A stretch of DNA of 63,908 bases, counting the filler, from Thraustochytrium aureum (taxonomy: Eukaryota), in the NCBI GenBank assembly GCA_012862495.1. It is 9 parts of 6 records of this genome, joined end to end, with 100 filler letters (N's around TTAATTAATTAA, not from the genome) between each part and the next. Parts side by side here need not be neighbours in the genome. Positions count along the whole stretch, not along the records: positions 1 to 26,372 come from BLSG01000447.1; 8 more parts are not named here. One strand, written 5' to 3'. Made by a program: the position numbers and the translations under genes. The notes below the pieces were generated by a model. The model was not told the DNA's origin and made no database searches. It worked only from the letters and a program-made list of their open reading frames with translations. This document shows, one piece after another, positions 12,486 through 25,141 of this stretch. How positions within the stretch are numbered: position 1 is the stretch's first letter; each line of letters starts with the position of its first letter.

Positions 12486-12840
12486 CTTGCCGGTCGATCA
12501 ACGAGCTCGCGCCGCGCCGTCTCGTGCGTCGCGGTGCGAGGCGCCCAACCTGGGCCGTCGCAGCGCGCGCGGGGCAGGACGAAAGCTGTTGCGACTTGGA
12601 AACAGAGACCCCAAGACGTCGCGCAGTGCCTGCGCACGCCAGCCAGCCGCACTCCGCAGGCAGGCCTCGCGCGCGCGCGTCCGTCCGTGCGAGCGTGCGT
12701 CCGTCAGCCCGTCCGTGCACTGGCGAGAAGCAAGCAAACAAACAAACAAGGAAAGGGCGCTGCGCTGCCGCCGCACGCCTTCTTCCTCGCCGCTTCGCCC
12801 GCGTTCACTTCGTTCGTCGCCGCCCAACCGCCTGGCGCTC

Positions 12841-12890
12841 GACAACAACAACAACATCAACGACGACGACGACAACAACGACGACGACAA
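12841..12890. repeat. (CAA)/(CGA) trinucleotide microsatellite
   Basis: Read directly from the sequence. Confidence 0.8.
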
Positions 12891-13920
12891 GCGTGCAAGC
12901 AAAACATCACGCATGCAAGCATGTATGCAGCCATCCGAGTACTGCATACGCCGTGGACCCCAAGTACCCGTGAGGCCTTGTGCACTGGCTGCGCGGCAGG
13001 CCGGCGCGGCAGGCCGGCGCGGCGCACGACGACCGAGGGCCCCGAGCGTCCTGCGTTGACTTCGCCGTGGGGCTCGAGCTCTCTACTACTCTAGGCTAGG
13101 GAGCTTGAAGACAAGTCAGCGGAGTTGCGCGAGGGTCGAGGAGAGCGGCTGGCGCGCTTGATCTTGAAAGACGCGCCTTGGGAAAATACTCGACGCGTCT
13201 GCGCTGCAAGACGTTTGACTCCAAACCTCAGGAGCGGCTTGGAGTTCAACCCCGCAGCGGATCTGGAGGCGGTGGACGCAGACAACAAATTGGGCAGCGT
13301 TCGGCCCGGTCAACGGGGTCGCGATGACAGAGGGAACGCAATGCGGCACATTGGCAACGGACGGGTCATGCAATCTGCGTTCAAGCTCTGACAGCGCAAC
13401 GGTGGATCCTAAACTTGTGGCCACACCCGCTGTGCAAACCGCGGGCCGGGCAGAGCTCCGCCTGCACCCGCAACAGGCGCGGCCGTCTGTTCTGCAACCC
13501 AGCGTCCTGCGATTGCTAGCCAAGCCAGACCGGTGGCCACTGAGCGGTTCCCTCGTAAGCCGGCTGTCGAGCGCGACTTGTTCCTGAAAACCCAAGAGCA
13601 GGCTGCGCAGCGCAGCGCTGTCTGGAAGTGCCTCGCGGTGCTCGCAGCAGCAACAGCAACAGCAGCAGGTGCAGCCGGCCTCACCCAGCAGTGCAACCTT
13701 GCATCTAGTCTTTTGGGGAACGCTTGGCAAGTGGGGACTGACGCGGGGCGTGGATGTGGCGAGCGAGCAGACAGACACCCTTCGACACGCGACGCGGGCA
13801 GCGAGGCGGGCGAACGAACAGGAAAGCGTACGTACTTACTTCGTGGCACGGCAAAGACAGGAACGCTGGCAAGCAGCTCGGCCATCAGGAGTAAAGCTCC
13901 ACTTCTGCTTTTGAGGCGCG

Positions 13921-14020
13921 AAGGCTCGATCGTGCAAGGCTCGTTCGTGCAAGGCTCGTTCGTGCAAGGCTCGTTCGTGCAAGGCTCGTTCGTGCAAGGC
14001 TCGTTCGTGCAAGGCTCGTC
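13921..14020 (+). repeat. 15-bp minisatellite (AAGGCTCGTTCGTGC) x ~6.6, just upstream of the ABCD start codon
   Basis: Near-perfect tandem copies ending 8 bp before ATG 14029. An in-frame TGA at 13912 indicates it lies upstream of the CDS. Confidence 0.95.
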
Positions 14021-14028
14021 GCGACGCC

Positions 14029-15992
14029 ATGGCGGACGCACTTGGCGCGCGTGAACCTCTGACGCTGGCCGATTGGGGCAGGTCGAGAAGAGGCGCCAGC
14101 GTGCTCGGCATCTGGGCCGCGGTGTTCTGGTCTGTCACCGGGTATGCTGTCGTGGCGAAGCGAAAGGCCCAAGTCGACGACGCGAAAGGCCGGATGGGGG
14201 ACAAGGAGGGAAAGGACGCCGTGGCGCCCGGGGCTGACTTGGAGCGCGCGAAAGCCGAGTCGCCAATTGCGAGGGTGCTCAAGTACGTTCAACCAGCGCA
14301 GGGGGCCGTTCGGTCCCGCGCCGCGCTTTTGTGCGCAACCATCCTAGCCAGGCTGGTGATCTCGATCAAGGTCTCGCAGCAAATCGGTGCCGTCGGAAGC
14401 TTGTTATCCCAGCGGCGCTGGCGCCGCCTCGCACACGCCCAGATGCTGTACGCGCTCTGGACCGTGCCCGCTGCTCTAGTCAACGCAGGCGTTGACCTCG
14501 CCTCGGCGCACCTTGCACTCGGTGTCCGCGAGAAGCTCGTCGCACGGATCAACCAAGGCGTCGCGAACGACGGGGCGCTCCCCCGCCTGGGCGAAGCGAT
14601 CCCTGACTCCGAACAGCGCGCTACCACAGACGTGGACAAGTTTGCGAACGACTCTGCTGTCATGCTGCAGTCCGTCTTCAAGCCAATGGCCGAGACGGTG
14701 GTGCTCTCCGTGACGCTAGCTCGGATGATGGGCACGCGCCCGCTTGCGCTTTGCTACCTCTATTTTGGCCTGGCCGCGACGTGGACGCGCGCCGTGACGC
14801 CCTCGCTGACGAGCCTTTCGTCGCGCGTGCAGTCCGAGGAAGGCGGATTCCGGGCAAGCCACGCGCGCCTCAAAGCCTTTGCGGAGGAGATCCAGTTCGC
14901 GCGAGGCGGTCCTGCCGAGGCAGAGCTGCTCGAGCGACAATTCCACAACGTCTCCAGGCTGGGCGCAAAGTTTTCTGTCCAGCGCTTCCTCTCAGCGGCG
15001 CTCGACGGCTATGCCGTGCGCTACATGGGTATCCTCGTCGCCCTTGCGATGATGACGCCCGCGCTCAGCAAGCGAAGCAAGAGCGAGCGCATCAAGGACC
15101 CGACGCAGTTCTTCCTCACCTGCTTGCACCTCCTGGTCAACCTCATGAGCGCGTTCAAGGACGTCGCGCTGGCCTTTCGGACGCTCGGGACGCTCCGAGG
15201 CACGTCAGAGCGCGTCGCACAGCTCCTTGACGGCTCGCGCCCTCCGCGGCCCCGACGGCCTGCCAGGCCGCGGACAGCGCGCCGGATGCGGCGCAATCGC
15301 CGCGCGGCGACTGGGTCGAGATCGGCTCGGATGCAGACGACGTCGAGTTGCGCCAGGTCTGCATCGCGACTCCTGACGGGCCAACCTCGCGGCCGCTGTT
15401 TCAGAGTCTTTCCCTCCGGTTCAAGTACGGCGAGAGCGTGTTCATTCAGGGCGACAACATGGTTGGGAAAACGTCTATCTTTCGCGTGCTCGCCAACGTT
15501 TGGGCGCCGCAGGCGGGCACGGTGCGCATGCCCCCGAGCGACCAGTGCATGTTCCTCTCGCAAAAGCCCTACCTCGTGCCTGGAGTCTCGCTGCGGGACC
15601 AGGTCCTGTACCCGCGCTTCAGCGACCGGTGCCAGGATGCCGAGATTTCGCAGGCCTTGCAACAAGTCGGTCTCAACCCTGCCGACGGCCCGCCTGCGCG
15701 GCTCGACGCGGTCTGGCGAGGAGAAGGCCTGAGCGCTGGCGAGATGCAGCGCCTGGCCTGTGCCAGGGTTCTCCTTCGCCGCCCGCGCTTTGTGTTTGTT
15801 GACGAGGCGCTCTGCTCGTGCACTGAGGCTTTCGAGCGCGCGTTTGTGGGGCTTTGCGTGGAGCGCGGCGTTACTGTTGTCACTATTTCGCACCGCCTCG
15901 TTGCGCGCGACTTGCACCACCGTGTGGTTGTGATTGGGACTTCTGGCGAGATCGTGGCTGACGATTTGATTGGCCAGCAGCGTGGTGTTTGA
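14029..15992 (+). CDS. ABC transporter subfamily D (peroxisomal acyl-CoA importer) half-transporter; frameshift at ~15240-15345
   Basis: TM domain with EQRATTDVDKF and EAA-like motif EGGFRASHARLKAFAEEIQFARGG. NBD with GDNMVGKTS, FLSQKPYL, LRDQVLYP, LSAGEMQRLACAR, VFVDE and TISHR. Confidence 0.9.
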
Positions 15993-16193
15993 GCTCCGTG
16001 CGCGTGCGTGGGCTGCGCTACGTCCTTATTTATAAATGGCTTGGTAGAACACGGTCATCAGAGCACCTTCTACCTTCGATTATCTTCGAATACACCTTGA
16101 ACTACCTACTTTCGACGGAGCAAAAGCGCGAGACCGCGCGCCAACCTGGCTGGTTCGCCGGGGCCCGGCGCTGGGCGCGAGAAGAAGCGCGGC

Positions 16194-16915
16194 CTAGTCG
16201 CACGCACTCCCGACGCTCTTGCGGCGGAAAGCCTCTCCGTTGTCCGGGATAGCCTCCAGCCGAGCCACGTAGTCGTGCGGTAGCGCCCCGGACTGCGCTC
16301 CACGAAGAACGCACTTGCGATACTGCTGAGACGGCGCGAACCGCTTCAGGCCGTGTTCGGCGCTTGAGTCCTTGCGGCGCTTGTTGGCGAGGACCGTGTA
16401 CGTAAACGCGTTGTAGACGCGGCCGTCCTCGCTGCGGACCCTGATGTTCACTTTGGCGTACTTGGGGTCGGCATTGTCGATGCCTTTTTGCTTGTCGAGG
16501 TTTGCGATGTCCGCAACGGGGAACGCCCACACCAGGCCCCACGCTTTCTCCTCCGGGTCGTCCACCTCCACAAGGTCGGCCACCCCGCCTTTCCACACCT
16601 TGGAGAAGATCGTGTACTCAAACACATACCCAGCCAAGAACGCGGGGCCGACGCGCGATGCCGTTTTCGACGAGCCACGTCGCAGGCGGTCTTCGAGCAG
16701 GTCTGACGCGTACGCAAAGTAGAATTGGTGCCCTTCTGGGGGGGTCTCTGCGCGAACGCGCACCTCGCCCTCGCCGCGCAAGGTCTGCGAGCTGGGAGTC
16801 GCGCCGCCACGCATCAGAAACCACACCACAAGCACCACCGCAGCGATTCCCAGGCCGACATTCCGCAGCCCGCCGAGCTCGCCGAGCAGTCCCTCAGAGG
16901 GCGCCAGCGCGTTTC
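16194..16915 (-). CDS. Membrane-anchored gamma-glutamylcyclotransferase (GGCT)-fold protein, 5' end in gap
   Basis: YFAYASDLL, WKGGVADLV, AWGLVW, LDKQKG and PSQQYRKCVLRGA..LPHDY parallel human GGCT. Preceded by TM segment VGLGIAAVVLVVWFLM. Confidence 0.8.
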
Positions 16916-17291
16916 NNNNNNNNNNNNNNNNNNNNNNNNNNNNNNNNNNNNNNNNNNNNNNNNNNNNNNNNNNNNNNNNNNNNNNNNNNNNNNNNNNNNN
17001 NNNNNNNNNNNNNNNNNNNNNNNNNNNNNNNNNNNNNNNNNNNNNNNNNNNNNNNNNNNNNNNNNNNNNNNNNNNNNNNNNNNNNNNNNNNNNNNNNNNN
17101 NNNNNNNNNNNNNNNNNNNNNNNNNNNNNNNNNNNNNNNNNNNNNNNNNNNNNNNNNNNNNNNNNNNNNNNNNNNNNNNNNNNNNNNNNNNNNNNNNNNN
17201 NNNNNNNNNNNNNNNNNNNNNNNNNNNNNNNNNNNNNNNNNNNNNNNNNNNNNNNNNNNNNNNNNNNNNNNNNNNNNNNNNNNNNNNNNNN

Positions 17292-17560
17292 CTGGGTCCT
17301 GCTGCTGGTGCTGCTGGTGCTGCTGGTTTTGCTGGCTGTCGGCTTCTGGACTGCTGGTGCTGCTGGTGCTGCTGGGCTCCTGCTGCTGGTGGTGCTGGGC
17401 TCCTGCCTGGCTGGTGGTGGTGGTTGTCCTCGTGGTGCTGGTGGTGGTGCTGGGCTGCTGCTGCCAGTATTGATTGGCTGGCGGCTGCTGGGCTCCTGCT
17501 GGTGGTGGTGGTTGGTGGTGGTGGTCTGCTCACTCCTGGTGCTGGTGCTGGCGGATGCTG
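17292..17560. repeat. (GCT/GGT)-rich low-complexity tract
   Basis: Read directly from the sequence, flanking an N-gap. Confidence 0.8.
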
Positions 17561-17699
17561 CTTCTGAAGATGGACCGGTCAGTTCTTACTCGAGTAGATG
17601 TGTTTTGTTGAATGCATGCATGCAGTTTGTAGAGTAGCTTCATGTCAAATGAATGAACGATGACCGCCCGCCCGCTGGGCTGTCTCGACGCTGCTTCAA

Positions 17700-20600
17700 T
17701 TAATGCTGCGAACCCGACAGCTTGTGTCTCGCAGCCATGCGCTGCCGGATGTTCTGGAGCATCGCGTTCGAGCGGGTGGTGGCAGCATCCATGTCCACGG
17801 CCTGCACGCCCCCTGAAGCAGCGGGCCCAGACGAGGTCGCAGACCCAGAGGCAGACAGCCGCGCGTCAAGTCCTTCGCTGTACGGCGCGTCCGAAGCCGG
17901 GTCGGCGCTCGAAGCGGCAACAGCGGGGGCCGCCGAGACCGAGACGGCCGCAGCAGTCGGGGCCTCGGCGTCATCGTCGTTGTTGGCACCAACGCTCTTC
18001 ATGAGGTCGCGCAACTTGCCCAATCGAGCCCGTACGACGTTCGGATTGACAGAGGGAATGTTGTTCGAGGCCTCCTTGAGCGGCTTGGCCTCCGCGCCGC
18101 CCGCGCGGTGCTGGTTGATGACCTTGGTGATGTACGTCCGGAACCAGGACGAGGTGTTGACCAAGTCTATGTACTCGTGCGCCGAAAACTCGTCGTCAAA
18201 CGCGTACAGCTTGCGCAGGCACGCGTTGCGGCGCTCCGTGTCCGTCGTGGCGATGGATTCGGAAAGCTCGGTGAATATGTCCTTGACCTTCGCCAGCGCC
18301 GCATCTGACAGCTCTTTTGCGCCCGACTGTTCAGCGGGGGCGGCCGCAGAGCCACCATCCTCCAACTTCTCCGCGCCACCGGCCTCCGAGCTACCAGTTG
18401 AAGAAGCCGCCTGCATGCCTACCAAGAAGCCCGCCACCATAACTCGCAGGCCCGACGCCCCCGCGGTCCGAGGGGAGGAAAGTGGTCCGAGAACCGGCGC
18501 CCGCATCGCATAATCGCACGCACGAGCCTCTCCACGCACGCGCGGTCCTCTGCGACCCCAGGGACGCCCTCGCTCATGCCGAGAACGAGAAGGTCGTCGA
18601 TCGCCTTCGCAGTCTCCTGCATAGCAACAGTTGCAAAGGGCTCCACGAACGACTCTTGCAGCCCGACAAACTCGTTGAGCGAGGAGCGAAGCACGCGTTT
18701 GAGGCGCTGCTCTGGCTGAGCCCGCTCCAAGTCGCCGCGAAGCGCGCTCTCCCGCAGCGTCTCGTTGCAGCGGCGCACGCGGTTCACAACGCCCGGCAGC
18801 CACGCCGGCGTCTCGCTGAGCTTGGCAAATACCGTTTGTGCCGTCTTGAGCAGGCGGTCGCGCTCGGTGCGCACCTCGTGGACAACCTCCGAGTTGGCCA
18901 CCGGCGACACGCCGTCCGGCTGCTCGGCCGCTGCTCCATGAGTCTAGACACGAGGTCGCAGAACACAGCCACCCAACGCGCTGCGACGGCGCCATCCTGA
19001 ACGACGGCCTCACGGAGCTCTGGCCACCACGAGAACGTTAGCATGGCGGGCAGAACGAGCTTGAGAAGGCGGACCTCAGCCTGCGCTCTGGGCAGCGCCG
19101 ATGCATCAGCAGAGTAGAGCAGGCGCTGCGGGGCAGCGTTGACCTCGCCGACGACGTCCAAAATCGCGTCCGCGACCCCTGACGGGCCGACGTTCTGCTC
19201 TAGCATGCGGATCCACGATTTCTGGTCGGGCGCGCCGCCCGTGCACCAGGCCGGCGGCGGTTCAGCCGAACCGAGCAACGCAAGCGCGCTGATGCCGCGA
19301 TCGCGGATCGCATTGCCCTCCGTGCCGGCGCTCGTCGTATCCTGCGAGCGGAGCAAGTCCGTGTAGGCCCGCACGTTCCGCTCCACTTGGCGCGCCTGGG
19401 CTTCGAGTTCGGCCCGGCCGGCCGAAATCGCCGATTTGCTATCCGCCAGGGCCTTGCTCGGCACGCGACCAAGCTGAGACTCCTCGTCGAGCCCAGCCTG
19501 CATCATCGCGAACGACATGGCCTCCGTGGAGGGGTCGTTCTCCTTCTCCGCGGCTGGCGCCTTGACCATCGATCCGCGGTCGAGCCGCTTCCGCTCCGAG
19601 GGCGAGGGCGGCGTTGCAGGAAGATCAAAGTCGAACAGGTCGATCCCGCCAGAACCAGTGCCGAACGCGCTTGAGCGCGATTTGGACCCAGTCCGCGGGT
19701 CGGCGGCGGCAGCCCCGCCCCTCATCGAGTGACGACCCATCGTTCCCGAGAGCCGGCTTGCCGTGGCCTGGCCGCGCGACGGAGTGGGAGCTGACTCTTT
19801 GCTGGCATCAGGGGTATACGGCGTCTGAGGCGTTGAGGCGCGCCGTTGCCCGCCGCGCGGGGCCGGGGTCGCGCCTGCCGCGGCAGGGTCGCCAGCGGTT
19901 GTCCCGTCGTCTTGCTCGGCGTTCTGGGACCCGACGCGATCCCTGTTGAGCTTGAGCGTTCGTGACGGCACCCTGGACCCGGCAGCCGGCGTGCCACTTG
20001 CAGTCGACGAGTGCGGCGCCGATTCGCGGGCTGCGGGCTCGTCCTCAAAATCCCCCTCAATCGAAGGGATGGGGCTTCGGTGCGACGTGGAGGCGAGGTG
20101 GTTGGTGACCAAGGTTTTGATCTTGTCGGTGAGGTGCACCTTGTTCTGCGCCAAGAGCTTGTAAAACTCCTCCGTATTGCGGTCCAGGTGCTCCCAGAGC
20201 GCCTCCACGAAAAGCATGGCTGCGTTGCGGACCTCTTTGCGCGAGTCTCCCACGTACGAGATGACGGTCTTCAGCAAGCTCTGGCCAACGCCAACCTTGA
20301 CGCGGATCACCCCGACGCCGTGGCTGCGGGTCACGCGGGCAATCTCGTCGAGGCACTCGCTGAGCACATAGGCGCTGCGCTGGCTCGGCGCGACCTCGTT
20401 CAGGACGAAGGGGAGGTACTTTGACGTCGGAAACACCTTGCAAACCAGTCGCATCACGCCGCGGACGGCGTCGCGGAAGCGCTTCTGCTTCTCCCCCAGC
20501 TTGTTGAGAAGGTGCGGCAGGAACGCGGCCGCCTCGTACTCGGAGAGCTCAAAGTCGCTGCAGCTTGCCAGCTCAAACATGAGCTCCAGCAGCTGCAGAA

Positions 20601-23600
20601 TGTTGTTGGTGACCGTGCTGTTGTTGTTGTTGAGCTGGATCGTGCCCCATTTCAGGAGCAGGTCAAAACACTCGAGAGCTTCGTGGCCAAAGTTGGGAAT
20701 TTCTTGCATGAGCGTCTGAAACGCCGGGTCGAGCGCCGATCCGCGCGACCCGCGGCCGCCATCTGCGTCGCGAAACATCATTCCGAGGAGATCCTTGCTG
20801 ACCACCTTGTCAAAGTCGTCTTTGAGCGACTGGTTGTACTCTAGCATGCGCCGCTTGTCCTTCTCGTCAAACATGNNNNNNNNNNNNNNNNNNNNNNNNN
20901 NNNNNNNNNNNNNNNNNNNNNNNNNNNNNNNNNNNNNNNNNNNNNNNNNNNNNNNNNNNNNNNNNNNNNNNNNNNNNNNNNNNNNNNNNNNNNNNNNNNN
21001 NNNNNNNNNNNNNNNNNNNNNNNNNNNNNNNNNNNNNNNNNNNNNNNNNNNNNNNNNNNNNNNNNNNNNNNNNNNNNNNNNNNNNNNNNNNNNNNNNNNN
21101 NNNNNNNNNNNNNNNNNNNNNNNNNNNNNNNNNNNNNNNNNNNNNNNNNNNNNNNNNNNNNNNNNNNNNNNNNNNNNNNNNNNNNNNNNNNNNNNNNNNN
21201 NNNNNNNNNNNNNNNNNNNNNNNNNNNNNNNNNNNNNNNNNNNNNNNNNNNNNNNNNNNNNNNNNNNNNNNNNNNNNNNNNNNNNNNNNNNNNNNNNNNN
21301 NNNNNNNNNNNNNNNNNNNNNNNNNNNNNNNNNNNNNNNNNNNNNNNNNNNNNNNNNNNNNNNNNNNNNNNNNNNNNNNNNNNNNNNNNNNNNNNNNNNN
21401 NNNNNNNAGCAAGCTGGCTGCGCTCCCTTTGGCCAGAGAGACGACGCCGTCGCCGCCGGTGGCATGCCCGAGCAGGCCCATTGCGCTCACAGCTTTCGCG
21501 ACGATGTTGCCGTTGCTGTCGTTCAGGCGCTTGCGAAGCTCGGCCATGCACTGCTTGACGGCGCGCGTGAGCTGGATACGCAACTTGGCGCCCTCGACAA
21601 TGTCGATGAGGTCGACAATCGCTTTCATGCGCACCTTCCAGGCCGTTTTCGAGGTCTCATCCGAGAGCTCCTCCATGAGCTTGGGGGTGAGCGAGGCGCT
21701 GACATCCACGCGCGGCACAAGGTCGCCAAGCGCGATCGCTGCTGGGGGCTCATCGCCGTCTTCGCCCGCCTTGGGGGCACCCTTCGTGCGGCGCTTCGGT
21801 CCCTTGCTCGGGCCTTCGTACCCAACCTTGTCGAGCTCGGGCTGGACCTGCGCCTGCGCGGAATCGTCCAGAAGCTGGCGAATAGGTTCGCCGATCTGCT
21901 TGTAGAGCGCCGCAATGCACTGAGCGGACTTTGTTTTGCAGGGCGCCAAGCGGGACCCGAGGCCCTTTGCACTCGCGCAAAACTCGACGACTTTGCTCAG
22001 GTTGAGCGCGGTGGCGCCAAACTCCTCTGCAACATTTGAGAGCAAGCCAAACGCGTCCTCGAGCCACTTGGGCGAGGTCTGGCTCGCGCTGGCCTTGAGC
22101 AGGCGGCTCGTGACAAACTTGGGGCCACAGGCCTCACAAAGTGTGAGGGCCAGAGTGCACGCCGGGGGGCCTTGCTTCTTGTCTCCCAGCTTCTTGAGCA
22201 GGTGTTCCAGCAGTAGCGCGCCGTACGCCTTGGAAAACGGCCCCTCGCCACTCTTGTTGACGATCTGATCGAGCGCCTTCCAAGCCGCGTTCATGATGTT
22301 GAAGTTGGCCTCTTTGAAGTCCTTGGTCTTGGCACCAACGAAGACGACGAGCGCCTTGGCGTGCGCCTCCTCTGCCAGCATCTCGATGCCATCCAAGTGG
22401 TTGCCGAGGCACTCGAAGAGCAGCGTCTTGTCTTGCCATTTCGTCGCGTCATTGAACGTGGTGGTCGCCTCGCCGAGCCCTTGGATGTCGAGCGCCTCGA
22501 CGACGATCTGCTCGGCCTCCTCCGCGTCCATGATTGGCTCGGCCTGGCCCTCGTCCTCGTCATCTTTGGCGTCGCTGGCTGCGGTGACTGGCTTGGCCTT
22601 GATGGGGCCCGCCCTGGCGGTGCGTGCCGGGCCGGTGCGGCGCGGGCCGCGAGGGCCGCCGAGCGTGCCATCATCGGCCTTGCTGGGCTCTGCAGCGGGC
22701 CTGGACGTTGCCGCGGGTCCGGTTCGCTTTGCAGCGGGCATTGGAGCTGCAGGCTTGGCTACTGCTGCTGATGCTGCTGCTGCTTTCGGGGCGTCCGCGG
22801 GCTCGGCGGCGGCGCTCGCCGGCCCTGCAGTCAGCTTGGGCTTGAGCTTGGGGTTCTTGCGAATGATCTCCTCCACCTTTTCGGCGACAAGAGCGGCGCA
22901 GGCCGGTGGGACGCCGTCCGTCGACTGATCGCAGCCCTCACCGAGGCTGGGCGCGGCGTGCAGCTGCGCGAGGCACTTGGCCGCCAGCTCGCGGACCTTG
23001 GCGTCTGCGTCCGAGGCGGCGTCGACAAACTGCTCGAGGAGAATCTGGAAGCCCTGCTCGTCGAGTTTGGGCTGCTTGTTGGCGTTCCAGCACCAGCCCG
23101 CGAGGAGGGCGCGAGAAAGCCAACCCAGAATGTTGGTGCGCTGCAGCGGGGTGCTCTTTTGCTTGCCCGAGTCACCGGACTGGTCCATGCCCTCCTCGAC
23201 GAGTGCCGCAACGCGGTCCTCGGTGAGGTTGAAGCAGTGGCGCGCAAAGACGTCGAGGGCCGCGTCCACCGCGTGGATGAGGGGCATCTTCTTGTCGCGG
23301 TACTTGTTGAGCAATAGCGAGACGCAGCTACGAGCGTGCGCTTGAAAGTCGTTGCGAAGGCCTGCCCCGAGCGCAGCGAGGAGCTGTATGCTGGCAATCA
23401 CGACGGCCTGGTTCGAGTCGGACTGGATTAGCGCTTTCAGGGCACGGACGAGGTCGTGGTAGTCGCCTTTGGCGAGCTTGGGCGGATCGCCGCACAAGGC
23501 AATGACCTCCTCGATCGCCTTTTTGCGCTCAACCCACTTGGCCTCCTTGATGCGTTTCTCAAAGTTGATTCCGCCGAGCTGGCCGAGTACGTCGCGCGCG

Positions 23601-24404
23601 GCCATGACGTCGAAGAGGTCGACGGGCGCGCCGGGCTGGACGGCCGCTGCGTCGTCTGCGGTCGGCTCGGGCTCGCCCCGGAACGCCAGCTTTGGCACGA
23701 GGGGCTCGGTCGCGTCGCGCTTGCCCATGGCGTCCTCGAGCGCTTTGGTAAGCTGTTTGTTGGTAGCCTCGGGCTCCACGACCCCCGCGAGGAGGTCCTT
23801 GAAGGCGCCGTTGAACCAGGCGTCCACGTCCACCGCCAGTGCGGTCGCCTCTTTGCGGATGAGCGGGTTTTTCACGTCGAGGCCACCGACGACAAAGGCC
23901 TGCAGCTGCGCCATGGGCAGCTTGGTGGCTCCGAACGCCTCGACGGCTGCCCGGAGGCAACTCAGGGAGCCGACGCCGGCTTTGGGGTTCTTCTCCTTCA
24001 GACCGGTCTTGAGGGCCTCGAGGGTGGCCCCGGCGCAGGCCGGGCTGACGCGCATGAGCGATATGACGATGTCGGTGGCGCGCTGCTTTGTGCTCGGGCG
24101 GCCAACGAGCGCCTTTTTGAAGAGTTTTGGCACTATGGCGCGCGCGAGTTTGAAGTCCTCGTCCTCGCCGGCGTAGTGTTTCTCCACGTAGAGGGCGGCG
24201 CACTCGAGCGCGCCGTCCATGGCGCCCATGCCAGCTTCGTTTAGGCACCCTTCTAGCATGGAGCGAGTGGCCAGCTCGCCGGCGCCGCTGTCCAACTCGC
24301 CCTTGAGCTTGTCGTATCCGACTTTGCGCGCTTTCCAGTTGCTGTGTGCGAGGAGCTCTGCTGTGGAGAGCCCGTCGAAATTCTCGTCCGCGTCGTCCCC
24401 TTCC
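17700..24404 (-). CDS. CKAP5: XMAP215/Dis1/ch-TOG microtubule polymerase with several TOG domains; start in gap; internal gap and frameshifts (~18900, ~18470)
   Basis: TOG hallmark motifs NWKARK, KWVERKKA, KWQDK and AWKVRMKA. Also DSNQAV, KEANFNI, LNDSNGNI, TOG5-like EYEAAAFLPHLLNKLGE, and C-terminal MLQNIRQRM. Confidence 0.9.
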
Positions 24405-25141
24405 NNNNNNNNNNNNNNNNNNNNNNNNNNNNNNNNNNNNNNNNNNNNNNNNNNNNNNNNNNNNNNNNNNNNNNNNNNNNNNNNNNNNNNNNNNNNNNNN
24501 NNNNNNNNNNNNNNNNNNNNNNNNNNNNNNNNNNNNNNNNNNNNNNNNNNNNNNNNNNNNNNNNNNNNNNNNNNNNNNNNNNNNNNNNNNNNNNNNNNNN
24601 NNNNNNNNNNNNNNNNNNNNNNNNNNNNNNNNNNNNNNNNNNNNNNNGCGTCGCGCCTCGTGGCCGAGCGCGCAACGTCTCGTTCCGTCTCCCGTGCCAC
24701 CCGCCCGCGCCGCCCGTGCCTGCCTGCCCGCCCGCCCGCGCGCGCGCCTGCCTGCCTACTTGCCTGCCTGCTGCTGCTCGGTGCCTGCTCGCTCGCTCGC
24801 CTCCACGAGCCGCAGTTCGTTAGGTCTCTGCCCGCGACGCGCTCGAAACTCGATTTTTGATTTCCAAGACGACAACGGTTCGGCCAGTCTCACGACCGAG
24901 TAACCGCACCCTCGTTGTTTCCTCCTGACTGCGCGAAGGCGTTGTGCTGGCTGGCCCGTTGCGCGATGACTTCGATGCGGCGGCGGGCCGCTGCTGGCGG
25001 GCGCGGCTGCTTGCTGGTTGCCAGAGCCCGCATCCGCGATCGAGTTTTGCGGTTTTGCAATAGGCCGTTGGATTGGAGCAGTAGAGTACGAGCAGAGTAG
25101 AGTACTTAGGACACATTGGTTGTTTTCGTTTTCGTTATCGC

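Noticed and set aside
13100..13900. Possible ankyrin-like remnant (ADLEAVDAD) in the SEC11-ABCD intergenic region
   Set aside because: A single weak motif with no sustained ORF.
13921..14020. CRISPR-like array, or coding SFVQG/HERAL/EPCTN peptide repeat
   Set aside because: No spacers or cas genes are present, and the repeat ORFs are shadows of a stop-free 15-mer.
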